A stretch of DNA of 63,119 nucleotides, counting the filler, from Chiloscyllium plagiosum (Eukaryota): NCBI RefSeq assembly GCF_004010195.1. It is 5 parts of one record of this genome, joined end to end, with 100 filler letters (N's around TTAATTAATTAA, not from the genome) between each part and the next. Parts side by side here need not be neighbours in the genome. Positions count along the whole stretch, not along the records: positions 16,031 to 38,669 come from NC_057710.1; positions 38,770 to 56,577 come from NC_057710.1; 3 more parts are not named here. One strand, given 5' to 3'. The position numbers and the translations under genes were made by a program. Below are positions 38,397 to 51,360 of the stretch, piece after piece. Every line of letters begins with the position of its first letter. Positions within the stretch are counted from its first letter, which is position 1. Below the pieces are notes generated by a model that was not told the origin of the DNA, did no database searches, and saw only the letters and a list, made by a program, of their open reading frames with translations.

Positions 38397-40440
38397 AGGA
38401 GAAAGTGAGGGCTGCAGATGCTGGAGATCAGAGCTGAAAATGTATTGCTGGAAAAGCGCAGCAGGTCAGGCAGCATCCAAGGAACAGGAGAATCGACGTT
38501 TCAGGCATAAGCCCTTCTTCAGGAATGAGGAAAGTGTGTCCAGCAGGCTAAGATAAAAGGTAGGGAGGAGGGACTTGGGGGAGGGGCGTTGGAAATGCGA
38601 TAGGTGGAAGACAGGCCGCCTACTTGCGGAATGTTTCAGAGAACACCTCTGGGACACCCGGACCAACCANNNNNNNNNNNNNNNNNNNNNNNNNNNNNNN
38701 NNNNNNNNNNNNNTTAATTAATTAANNNNNNNNNNNNNNNNNNNNNNNNNNNNNNNNNNNNNNNNNNNNGTGGGTGTGATGGTGGGGGGAATGGGGGTGG
38801 AGTCATGAGCAGGGGTGGTGTTCCTCTCAGGGTTCTGGGGGCCGGGAATGGTGACAGTGAGATCTGTGGGAGGGTGTGTCAGCAGAATGCAGATGAGTGG
38901 CGTTGGTGGGGGCGGAAGTGGTGGCAGACACGGCAGTAGGGGTGGCGGAAGTCACTGAGCATGTGACATCAGCGATGATGTGAGTGGCAGAAGTGATGTC
39001 ACGTGTGATGCATGAAGAATTGTGAGGGGCGGAAGTGGCTGTGGGAGCGGCCGTGATGGGGGCGGACGTGACATCATCAATCAGCGTGGGGATGGCAGCT
39101 GCACCAGCCGCATGGCTAATGGCATCCGAGCAGTTCCAGAGGCTGTGGGAATCTTCTGGAATGTTTGAGAAGCGCTGGTTATGGAGGTGGGTGGATAAAA
39201 GTTTGTTGTACTTACAGTTTTTGATGTTTGGTCCCAGTTATGCCGGTCTCTTTGTTGGCTACGTAGAACAGTCGATCTTCCGTAATTGATGACTGCATTG
39301 GTGCCACCTCATGCTCCCGCGAGGAGTTTGAGCAATTCATCAACTTCACCAATGCATTCCACATTGACCTTAAATTTACCTGGACCATCTCTGACACCTC
39401 CCTCCCCTTCCTGGACCTCTCCATCTCCATTAATGACGACCGACTTGACACTGACATTTTTTACAAACCTACCGACTCCCACAGCTACCTGGATTACACC
39501 TCTTTCCACCCTACCTCTTGCAAAAATGCCATCCCGTATTCCCAGTTCCTCCGCCCCCACCATTTCTGCTCCCTGGAGGACCAGTTCCACCACAGAACAC
39601 ATCAGATGGCCTCCTTCTTTAGAGACCGCAATTTCCCTTCCCACGTGGTTAAAGATGCCCTCCAACGCATCTCGTCCACATTCCGCACCTCTGCCCTCAG
39701 ACCCCACCCCTCCAACCGAAACAAGGACAGAACGCCCCTGGTGCTCACCTTCCACCCTACCAACCTACACACAAACCAAATCATCTGCCGACATTTCCGT
39801 CTCCTCCAAAAAGACCCCACCACCAGGGATATATGTCTCTCCCCACCCCTTTCCGTCATCCGCAAAGACCGTTCACTCCGTGGCTACCTGGTCATGTCTA
39901 CGCCTCCCCCCCCCCACAACCCACCCTCCCATCCTGGCACCTTCCCCTGCTACCGCAAGAATTGCAAAACCTGCGCCCACACCTCCNNNNNNNNNNNNNN
40001 NNNNNNNNNNNNNNNNNNNNNNNNNNNNNNNNNNNNNNNNNNNNNNNNNNNNNNNNNNNNNNNNNNNNNNNNNNNNNNNNNNNNNNNNNNNNNNNNNNNN
40101 NNNNNNNNNNNNNNNNNNNNNNNNNNNNNNNNNNNNNNNNNNNNNNNNNNNNNNNNNNNNNNNNNNNNNNNNNNNNNNNNNNNNNNNNNNNNNNNNNNNN
40201 NNNNNNNNNNNNNNNNNNNNNNNNNNNNNNNNNNNNNNNNNNNNNNNNNNNNNNNNNNNNNNACTGACCTATTGTACTCTATGCCACTCTCTCCCCACCC
40301 CCACCCTCCTCTAGCTTATCTCTCCACCCTTCAGGCTCTCTGCCCTTATTCCCGATGAAGGGCTTTTGCCCGAAATGTCGATTTTACTACTCGGATGCCG
40401 ACTGAACTGCTGTGCTCTTCCAGCACCACTAATATCCAGA
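38397..40440 (+). mobile_element. Penelope-like element(s): inverted pLTR, inverted N-terminal piece, RT C-terminus to Zn-finger/GIY-YIG, pLTR (gapped)
   Basis: LPFLDLSI..KPTDSHSYL..NAIPYSQFLR-type coding at 39400-39560; TPLVLTFHP..GTFPCYRKNCKTC; hammerhead cores at 38495-38522(-) and 40352-40379(+). Confidence 0.85.
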
Positions 40441-41658
40441 ATTAAGAATAAGGGGACATTCAGTTAACATTCAGATGCAGAGAAATTTCTTCTCTGACTG
40501 TAGTGAATGTCAGAATACTCTACTCCATTGAGTTATGGAGGCTCGATCACTGAAATTATTTAAAGAGGATTTAGCTAATTTTTTTTTAAATGGAAAAGTT
40601 GTGGGCTATAAAGAGCGAGCATGAAAGAACAATTGAGGCCTGGGGCAGATCAGCCAAGATCTTATCGAATCGTGCTTGAGGGGTTGAATTGCCTTATTCC
40701 TGCTCCTATTTCTTAAGTTTAATTAATTTCTTGGATTTGTACTTAAGTATTGAATGTTTGAAGGGACCCAAGATTTGACTTTTTTTTTAAATTAAGGGAA
40801 AAGTTATTCTTTTACTGTAATTTGAATAAAATGTTACTATTTTGGTCTCAAAGTATCAGCTTTGAAAAAAAAGTATTTTACTCCTTTTAAATTCTTTCAT
40901 GTTTTAATGTTTTTATGTCTGTTCTGGCTACTTCTCTGATCAGCAGTTGAACATGAAAGTAACAGTGTATACCAAATTCACTTCAAGTTCTAACTCTGGG
41001 ACAGCACTAATATATTTATCTTAAAAATATAATGACGTTTGGTTTCAGAAACCAGCCAATATGAATCGTGTTTTGAGTACAAGTACATCAGTTCTTGTTT
41101 TTAACCAGTGTGTGATATATGTTAGAGAAAGCTATTTGTTGATTGATGTGAGATTTAGTTGTGTTTGGATGGCAAAGTACTTCCTTTATGCATGAGCAGT
41201 ATTACTCTGGAATGTTGACAACTTTAAGATAATGCATGAAAATTAAATTATCTGAAGGAACGACAAAGTGACAGAGGTATTTATACACCACCTCAGGAAT
41301 TTCTCAGCATAATTTTAAAGTAAATTAATTTCTGGTGTTTCTTATAACGGCAATGTTTTGCCTCTCTTTCAATTAATTTGTCCCGTTATCATTATTTATT
41401 AACAGGGAACAAGTTTTTTTTATGAATGCTTAGTGTAAGTAATTAAAATGCAAAGTTTAAAAAACTATCACCCAAGGTAATATACTCTTGATATGAACAG
41501 CATTTAATAAAAAGTAGCAACACCATTGGTGCTTTTGTTTAATTTGAATGCAGTTGATATAAATATTAACCAATATGGGGACTGGAATATTCTGCAGTGC
41601 ACAGTAAATAATTATGTGTCCTCCTGTTTCCCATTCTGTCATTCATTTTCCTCACCAG

Positions 41659-41784
41659 ACGATATGATAGCATAGATTCTGCTACAAATGGCCGTAGTGA
41701 TCTAGAGTCTGCATCTGAGTCTAGTCAGCTAACCAGCCGCCAATACTCCCTCGAAAGTAGGCATTCCCTAGACCTGTCGGATAG
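41659..41784 (+). CDS. unc13: UNC13-family gene internal exon (126 nt, phase 2/2)
   Basis: Pyrimidine tract plus CCAG acceptor, AG|GTGGGT donor; open frame RYDSIDSATNGRSDLESASESSQLTSRQYSLESRHSLDLSD; phase fits both downstream exons. Confidence 0.7.
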
Positions 41785-42150
41785 GTGGGTTCTGTTCTCG
41801 TTTACAGCATTGATGTTGCCATGTTTACCATGTGGTGTGGTGCAATGAAGAAGGCGTTGGCACAACTGTTTGCATGTTTTAATGTTTCCATATGTGTTAT
41901 GTCAGTGTTTGGGATAAAACTATGTAAAATGTATTATATAAGGATAAAATAAAACTGGTACAACTACATTTATGAATATGAGCAAATAGAATTTAAGTTT
42001 TAACTCGTTTATTTTATGATTTATCTTATTTTTATATTCCATTGACTTAATCTTTTTCAATTTGATTCTCTTTTTGTTTTATCCTATCCCCAACTATTTG
42101 TTTCCAAAACTTTCTGCTATCCATTTATGCATGCCTTGTACCTTAACAAG

Positions 42151-45100
42151 CTGGAACTCCTTACCAGCAAAAGGAAAAGTCAGGATCATACCAGTGGATT
42201 CTGGTGTTGGAGAAGAACAGTGGGAAAGTAAATATGAGAAATCAGGCCACCAACTCTCTGATACAATGTTCATAGAAAGACAGAAAATCTGGCAAGAAGA
42301 AACCCCAAACAAGAATCATGTAGTGAGACAAACCTCTAAATGCAGACAAAATACAGATCACGCATATCAAACAATATTAAGGCAAAATCAACTTCTCAAT
42401 GGAGAATCAAATTTGCCATATACTAGTTATCCAAATGAATATAACACAATAGATAGGAGGAGAAAAATGAAATGCAGGCACAGTAGTTTGGAAGATAGTG
42501 ATATGGAAAGGCAAAACTATTCAAATAGGTTTTGTAATTATACCACTGATGAAGGAATTACTCATGACCTTTCTGGCATAAAATCTATAAATTTGAACTG
42601 GTATTGCAGTGACCCTTTGCTTTGTAGCAATGACACAGATGTGCAGTATAAAAGGCAATCAGTGGTGAAAAGGAGCTCATGGGGAGAGAATGAGACATTC
42701 AGCAATGACCCTGAAGATGTAATAGATGTAGAAGAATATCTGGAAGATATATATAATCAGCAAATCTTGGAAAAAAGCAAGTTACCTCAAATTTGTGGTG
42801 TGTATGACAGCAGTGATTCTGATGACCTTTGCTGCTCACTTGCATCCGATGACGAGCAAGAGGCTTTGTTACATGGACAGTCATGGCTGAAAAGTGACAA
42901 CAATTTTGTTAACTACAGTAAAAATAGTATATCTGTTCCACATGTCTTCCAGAGCAAATATCGACTAAAACTCAGCCATGATGACAAAGTTAATGAAAGA
43001 TTCATTGAAATAAGAAGGAAGCCACATACATCATGCAGTGAGGAAATGAATGAACATTTTGTTGATGCAATGGATGAACTGCAATGCCTAGTAGCATCTG
43101 TGTCTGAATATTTAGCAGAGAAAGAAGAAGAAATTAGCAAATTTGGGTCACTTCCAAAAGCCCAGAACAAAACTAGCAAGAAGTCTCAAGAAGAAGAAAA
43201 GAATATCTGTGTAGATATTGGTGAAAGTAAAGCTGGCTCTGGTCATGCACAAGGGCAAGAAGAAAAGAAATGGATGAATCAGTCTGCTATTCGAAGTAGT
43301 TCTCAGAATAGCAATCAAAAACTGGACTCAACATCAGATTTAACAGGAGTGAGAAATACAATACAGTCTCTGTTCAGCTCAATAGGTGAAAAGGTTGCAA
43401 TGAGTAAAAATCACCAGTCATCTGTGGAAAAAGCAGTATATGTTATTTCAGGAAGTATAGACAAAAACCCTATAACCAATATTTCACTGATGCAAAATCC
43501 TTTGGAAGATGAATTAGAAAGAAGCTTGCTACCCAAATTTCCTTTGCAACCTTCCAATAAAGAGTCTGTTTGTCCTGTTATATTTAATGCATCAGAGGAC
43601 AAAGCTATACTTTCAATTGTATCACACAATCAACAAGATCAAAATACTTCAATGACAACTGAATCATTATCATCAGAAAACAATGTTATTGACTCATTGC
43701 TGGAAAAAGAAAATGCTTTAAATTTCTTTGCAGAAAATGATTTATCGAGTGATTTTCAGAACAAGGGGCAGGATAAAAAATATCAAACTTCTGATCCTGA
43801 GAACAGAAATGATATTTCTGATAAAAATAAAATCTCAAATGATGAAGAGAAAGGTGCTGCACAAAAATGTTTCTGCCCTGAAATTGACAATACACAAAAT
43901 AGTTTTGATTGCACTTGCCACCAGCAGAATAGTTGTTTAACTATTGTTGACAAACAGCAGGATTGGGTTACATCAAATAAATTTGCAGCTTGTGTCTCTG
44001 AATTGGATAATACATCAGAAACAATATGGCCATCAATGCACTCCATTCAGGAAAATAAAGATGATCATGTCCCTGAAATTCTGAGGCCACATAATGTTCA
44101 AGATAATGAAATAGAGAAAGAAGCAAACAATTCTCAGAAATCTCATTTGAAATCTGACCCAACAAACAATTATGGAATTAACTTGGGATTTTTTAACCCG
44201 CTTAAAAAGTCAATAAGTCAGGTTTTCTCTTCTTCATTGGACCACGAAACACCGATCTCTTCTGGAACTAACTCCAGATTTTCTTCTTACAAAATTACGG
44301 AGGATGAGAACGAGAGAATGAAAGAAGATCATACTTGTTCGCTTATTGGAAAGTTAAAACTGCCCTTCTTTTCTTCTGAAATTCAAAAAGAAGCAAAACC
44401 TGAGGGAATACTTTTTTCCATGAAGTTTCCTAAGAATGAAAAGCAATCTATACCGAAACAAGGAATAAATGATAAATTGAAATCTGATAAAAATAGAACA
44501 TCTGATGACAAAGAGACCAAGCAAGGTTTATTCTCAGATATTTTAAAATTTCCATCAAATTCAGTGCTCAGGACTGATGCTGTTGAAGAAGAGAAACAGA
44601 ACAGTAACCAGCATGGATTCTTTTCAGGCTTGTTTAAGTTTTCCTCAAGCAAAAACGTAATTACAGCCGAGTCTGAATTGAATGAAAAAGATAGTGCAGC
44701 CAACATTGTCAGAACAAAATCTGAACAAATTGATCTAAATAAACAAGGAACAGTTTCAGATGCAGCAACTAAATTTACTTTGGACCATGAGCATGTGACA
44801 TCAAGTGATCACAATACACCTGAAACAGAGAAACTAAACCATCATGTGCATGGATATTTTTCAGACTTACCAAAGTGTACTTCAAATGAAAATTTATTCA
44901 CAAGAAAGCAGGAAGTTAGTAGCAAAGACTATTTGTATAAAACAATCAAAAAAGGAGAACAAGAAGAAAATATTAAAGACACTTCTTCTTTGAATATGTC
45001 ATTAAATTTGTTTGATCAAACTGACATATTGGTTAAAGATGAAACTAGGTTTGTAAAACCAAGCCAAGCAGCTGGAAAAGTAGTAGATGACACAAATCAG

Positions 45101-48100
45101 TCAGGTTTTTTCTCAGGCTTCTTTAACTGGTCAACAAAGAAGCAAGAGAGCACAAGTTCAAAACCAGAAAGCCCTTTAGGTTCTTTAAAATTTATGAATA
45201 AAGCTGGATCTGGTAAAGGAGGAGGTGATAACCAGGGTGAGACTGATAAGGTACATTCTCTCTTCACAAATATTGTCAATATAGTAGGAAGGCAGACTGT
45301 TGAAAAACCATCTTTCAATTTATCTGAACAGTTTTCTGCTAAATCAGAGGAAAATAAAAAAGAAGACACAAAATCAAAATCTAAGGAGAACTGTGGTAAA
45401 CAGACACAATCATTTTGGCCTTTCAAACAACATTTCTTCACTTCAGAGAGTACTGATGATAAATGTAAGAGTCAACAACAACAAAAAATGAATAAAAATG
45501 GCTTCCCTGAAGTACAGAATATTTGCCAGGCTCAATCTGTAGAAAAATGCAATGAATGTGTTAACCAAGGCTTGCAGGAATTGAAGCAAGATATAACTAC
45601 AGAACTGGAGTATGAGGTTCCCTGGAATGATTCATATGGTGACAGTCTTGTATGCGATTTATCACGAACAAATGATGGAAGTTCAACAGAATTGTCACAT
45701 TCATTTAAACGTTGCAACGATTCAAGCAATTTTAATCCTGAATGGAATTTAAAAGCTAATGATTTGTCTGAGATTTACTCACATGATGCTAGTACGAACT
45801 GGTTAGATGAGTTTGCTGCAAATCAGAAGGATTTCCTGATTCAATATAGAGATTGGAATCATGGGACAGGTGAAGACTGTAATGTAAAAAATTTAGCAAT
45901 ATGTGAGAAAGATGCGAACGTTGAAGAATGGAGCTATTTACTTACAGATCAGATTGAAAGTAATTTAGAACTTGAATACTTAAATCTTGGCATAAAATCA
46001 GGTGATTTCAATGTACCATTTTCATGTCTTGATATTGCCCAAAACGATGAGGAATGGATGAGCAGAAATTTGGAGACTTATTGGAATTCAGTAGAAACCG
46101 ATAAAAGGAATTTATTTGTGGAAATGCCAATGGATTTAAGCTCAACTGGCAGTGCAGTTACTTGGTTGTTTACAGATCATCAAGAATTTAATAAGAAAGA
46201 AAACACATTTTACATCAATAATTATCAAGAATATGAAGACTGGGTAACCTTACTTGAACATGGAATATGGTATCCTTCAGAAGATGCTGAATATGGATAC
46301 TACCTTTATAGTGATGATCAATATATATATTCCCTGCTTACTGATGGCAGTGGCCAATATGTATACTTGTGGATACCAGAGACAGATGAAGAGCAAGATG
46401 AATGGAAACTAAATCAACATTTGAATGGTGATTCTGATGTGGAATTTGATGAAAACATGATTTCTGAATGTGGTTTTGAAATGCCAATTTCATGGGATTT
46501 AAACTTATTTTGGTATCAAGGAGGACAACAAATTGAATCAGAAACTGATGAACCTCTTGACCTTTCTGTTGTTCTTGAGGAAAATCAACAGTTAATCAGT
46601 AAGCACATGGGTAATTTTTCACAAGTATTTAAGCAGCCGATAGAATGGGACAAAGAAGAACCGCTAGACTTTACATCAAAGCACTCAACAGGCAGATTGA
46701 AAAAACTTAAGTTGGATTTCATGTCTGAACATCAACCAGTTCATTTCAATAATGAACTTCAGGCTACTGCTTTTGATCTTAGGGTAAACCAAAGTGATCA
46801 TTTAATACATAAGAAATCTGTAATTGATGCAGGGTTAGCAAGTGATTGTGCGTTTACAAAATCACAGTCTAAATTCTTGTCACACCCTATCTCAACAGGC
46901 ATATTAAGTCAAATTCATTCTTCTGTTAAATTAGCAGATACTTCATTTTCTGAACAAAATATTTCTAAACTCAAGGAACTATCTGAAGATCACAAACAAC
47001 CTATTAGAAAAATCACACATTTTTTCTCTGCATTGGGTAGTTTAGTTGGGAAACAAGCCATGGAAAATTCTGACAATTGTAACTCTGTTTTAGCAAATGA
47101 AAGATCTGATTACCTGGCAATGAAGTCATTTGACTACTCTAATAAAACTACTCTACTGAGTGTTGCAAATAAAGAACAGCAAAACACTGTAAATGTACAT
47201 CCTACAGTCGTTCAAAATGATCATACACCAAATAATGTATTTTCACATCAGCTAAGAAGGTTAAAACCTATTTCCAATAACTGTGAAATACATGCAAGGC
47301 TAAATGAAGAGCGGCCAATCTCTGTTTGTGAAAAATACAATCGAACAAATCAAAATTTGTCCAAGTTAGTGCCCAAATATGATCAGTTGTCATATGATGA
47401 ACACCGTGACTTATGTACAGACCCAACCATGGCATGTTTTCAACCAGTTTCTAAGAGAATCTGCCAGAAAAACCAGAATGTAGCTAGTGCATCACTTCAA
47501 ATCAAAGTAGCACCAACTGTGATACAATCTCAGTCACACCAAGTTGTTCCTGAAACCTCCTCCATGACTGAGCAGGGATCATTCTTTAAAAACCCTTTGA
47601 AAACGTTTAACCTTTCAGAAAGTCAATCTCGAGTCAAAAGTGATGAGGAAACTCAAAATAATTTTGGTTTTTTTCAAACAGTCAAATCAAACAAAGAGCA
47701 TGCATCATCATGGTTGAATTTCTCAAGAGGAACTGAGGATAAAACAAAAACAATCAAGGAGGATTCAAGTAGTACTACTGAAAGGCATCTTTCAGGCATT
47801 TCATCTCTTATAGGGTCAGTTGAAGGCTTCTTTAAAAGGGATGCAGATCCAGTTCAACAGCCAAACATTTTAAGCTCAGGTCAAAATGAAAAGAAAACTT
47901 TAATTTTAGATGAGAGCAGCATGCAAAATAAATTCTGCAAGAAAGAGGAAAGCATTCACTTGGATTTCTCTAAGCATGAGACATTACGTCCAAGGCATCG
48001 AGGCTTGCAAAAGCAGCACACACTAATGAAATGGAATGTTGATGATGAATCTGATAAAACGAAACTAAAACTAAAACCATCACATTGTGATACTAATCAA

Positions 48101-51001
48101 TCTGTACATGTAAAAAATGCTGCTAGTGGGACAGAATTTAAAAAAATTCCACCTTGTCTGATACTGGGCAATGAAATCAGTCCAAATAATGATAGATCAT
48201 TGATCAGTGAATCTCCTGTACTTTGTACTGAACCTGTCTCTGTTACTGATGTGAAATCTGGACAGCATGTTATGAAGGCAGAGCTTTTTGATATTAAAGA
48301 ACTCCCAAATGTTGCGAATCAGTCTGCTATTACAGGCTTGAATAACAAAGTTGGTTTGGAAGAAAACAGTTCTCAATTTATGACAAGGTTGCAAAAATCC
48401 GACCAGAATCAAAATAAGTGCCATATACTTCCTTCGTTAGTCGATGCAGAAAAAGTAGAACAAAAATCCAAATCAAGTTTCTTTAATTTATCCTTTGGAG
48501 GAAATGATTGGAAACTTCCAAGCATTTCAAGCTCGAAACAACAAAGAACAAATAAAAGTATATTTTCTTTCTTCAGTACAGCAGATCAAACATTGAATCC
48601 TACCCAAGACCTGAATAGTGATTCATTCTCACCTACTGCCAAAGAAGCCGGCAATTCAGAAGGATTCTTCAAATTACCAAGTTTTTTTTCATCGACTCCC
48701 TTAGTTGAGAGAAGTAACAGAAACAGCTCTGTTTTTAGTTTCTTTGATATGGCATTCATTGATGAGAAAAAAACAAAACCAGAACCTTTTAAACCAAGTT
48801 TTATGGGGCAAATTGAAAGACATATAAACCAGGATGAAAAAATAACTCCTAGCCATATAGGTGATGCCACAGAAATGGTACATTTAGACATTATGGCATC
48901 AGTTGAGCAGCAAAACAATACTGTTGGTAATCATAATTATAACAATATATCATTCTTTGAAAGCTCAGAAATAAATGATGAAAACAAGGAACTTATAGTC
49001 AGCAATGGTATTCATGATGGAAACAATGTTACCATGGACTTGTTTTCAAATCAAAATGGAAATAAGAATACATTTGATATAACATGTCATTCTAATGTTT
49101 ATGATGCTCAAACTGTAGGAACAGGAGATTGTGCCACCATATCCAACTCTAATTTTGTTGAGAATCCTAATCCAAATTATGTTGACACTGATAATTGTAC
49201 TGGGGATGAGAATGTGTATGCTAATACTTTAGATGACAGTGGACTACAAACTGATCTGATAAACAATTCAGTTGATGTGGTTGAAACATCATATAAAAAT
49301 ACATCTGATGATGTGTGTCCTGAGATGAAAAATAATTCAAGCAAGATTGGTACAGAAAAAGAAATGAATTGGGAGTTGCATAGTTCTCAAACAAATGATT
49401 TTTTGAAGCTGGCAAATGAAGAACAAGAGCCTCTAACATCCTGTGCAATTCTTGGACCAGAAAATTCTAATGAAAACTTGAAGCTGCCTACTTGTGAAAA
49501 GTCTTTGGTAGACTCGTCAGTAGAAATGTTTTCTGGTTTTATGACAAAGTTGAAGTTGTTTTCTGCTAGTGACTCTAATAAAAACTCAAATAGTTCATTT
49601 TCATCATTCCAGTCAGTGTTTACAAATTTAAACTCAGAATCTGGCATTCAGCAGAAAAGCTCAGTTTTAAATTTGTCACAAGGTAGCCAGAGTCCATCTA
49701 CTAAAAGTGATCTACTCAACACTTTCAAATTCCTTCCCGAAAAAACAAAACCAGCTGCTAATTCAGAAGCTACTTTGTTGCATGAAGAAGTCGGTGAAGT
49801 TAAGGAAGGAAAGTTCTTTGGAACTTTAAGGAATTCTGAAAAACTGTCTGATGTTTCTGAATGTAATATGGATATTGTTCATTGTAATAACGTTAGTTCA
49901 TGCTTACTGGAACAAGAATATAAGTGCTGTTCTGAAAACAAACAATTGGTACATGAGAATACTTATGGCCAAGAAGCAGATAATAATAATGAAGCAGTAA
50001 CTGAAATAAAATGTGATTGCACATTTGAGCCAAAACCTCCAGAAATTCTTCAAATTAGTGAAAATATGCGAACTTCATATGGACCTGAAAAGGAAGAGTT
50101 GCCAACTGGGGATGCCACAAGATTTGGGGTTTCACCCATGGAAAATATTTGTATTGAAATGGATGATGCAGTCACCAGTATTACGGTTAAAGATAAAGAT
50201 GCAGCTGATATATGGACCAATGTCAATTCTTATGATAGGCTATATTCAGGTAGTTCACCAGCTTTGCAAAAGATTGATTGTGAGATTCCCAAGTCAGGTC
50301 CTGAAATTCCTGATGTCAAACCACTTAAATTTAAATTTCTTTCTTCTGGAGAATTTGGCAACTCCTTTACTTCATTGTTTTCGCAGCAACAATCTTCTAA
50401 AATTGGTTCATTCAGGAACACTGGGTTTTTATCCAGTTTCAAGAAGTTTTCCAAGACCTTTTTTGAAGGGGATGCTGATCAAATGGTGAAAAGTGAGGCG
50501 AATAGGCAAAGTAATTTATTTGGAAAACTGGGAGATACCTCGAGTCAAAAAGAGAATGCAGCCAAATATTTTAATTCTGTAATCACAAAACAGCCTTTAA
50601 AAAGAGAAGAAATGCATATGAACAACACTTTAACATCTGACTTATTAGTTCATAAGGTAGCTGAAAAAAGCCAGAGTAGCATGTTAACTGATGAGGTGAG
50701 AATAGGACAGTCAGAGCAAACATCAAATGCTATAGATAACATTATTGAAGGTGAAAGTCAAACCAATACGAGGACAGAACAATCATTGCTTACAGATAAA
50801 AATGTAGATTTTTTGCAACATAGTCAAGATGTAGTACCTTCTGAGGAATCACCGGAACAACTTTTTGTTAACTGGGCGAAGGTACCAGAGAATGAAACGG
50901 TTATCTCACCTTCGGCCTGTTCATTGCCAGCGGTGGTGATTGGATCACAGGAGCAAACCTCACACAGTTTGGACCTTTTGAATGTGAAAAGGCCAGTTTA
51001 A
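42151..51001 (+). CDS. unc13: Giant exon of Munc13/UNC13-family gene, probably an alternative last exon (~2949 aa, mostly low-complexity)
   Basis: 8.85-kb uninterrupted ORF in AT-rich DNA; acceptor TTAACAAG| at 42150, phase 2; N-terminal KVRIIPVDSG.G.E.WESKY and EYNTIDRRRK recall long UNC13 isoforms; lies just upstream of an UNC13-signature exon; ends TAA. Confidence 0.85.
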
Positions 51002-51204
51002 ATTTGAGCATGATAAATGGCACCAAAAGGTGAATCATTTATGATGCATTAGCTATGTATTAGTAAAGTATATGTCTTGAAGTAGACTTGTAGTTTTATT
51101 TTTTTTAACCCAACCTTTTATATTGAAACAATTAATTTTACACTCAGGGCTCCAACCCTTTATGTCCCATAATTTTCAGGCCATCATTTACAATTGGTTA
51201 TAAA

Positions 51205-51360
51205 CCGAAGAACTGCAGATGCTGTAAATTGAAAACAAAAACAAATTGCTAGAAAAGTTCAACAGTTGAGTAGCTTTTGTGGAGAGAAATCAGAGTTAAT
51301 GTTTTGGGTATAGTGACCCTTCTGTGATTTCTATGCACAGATGCTGCCAGACCTGCTGAG
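51205..51360. mobile_element. Degenerate short Penelope-derived fold-back element
   Basis: AACTGCAGATGCTG...GGAGAGAAATCAGAGTTAATG...ACAGATGCTGCCAGACCTGCTGAG; relatives at 52075-52200 and 53895-54118. Confidence 0.55.

Noticed and set aside
42062..42150. Start of the 2979-aa ORF as called by the ORF track
   Set aside because: Non-ATG start inside a pyrimidine-rich intron end; the real boundary is the acceptor at 42150
42094..50489. Antisense and alternate-frame ORFs overlapping the giant exon
   Set aside because: Short shadows of the long coding frame with no independent evidence
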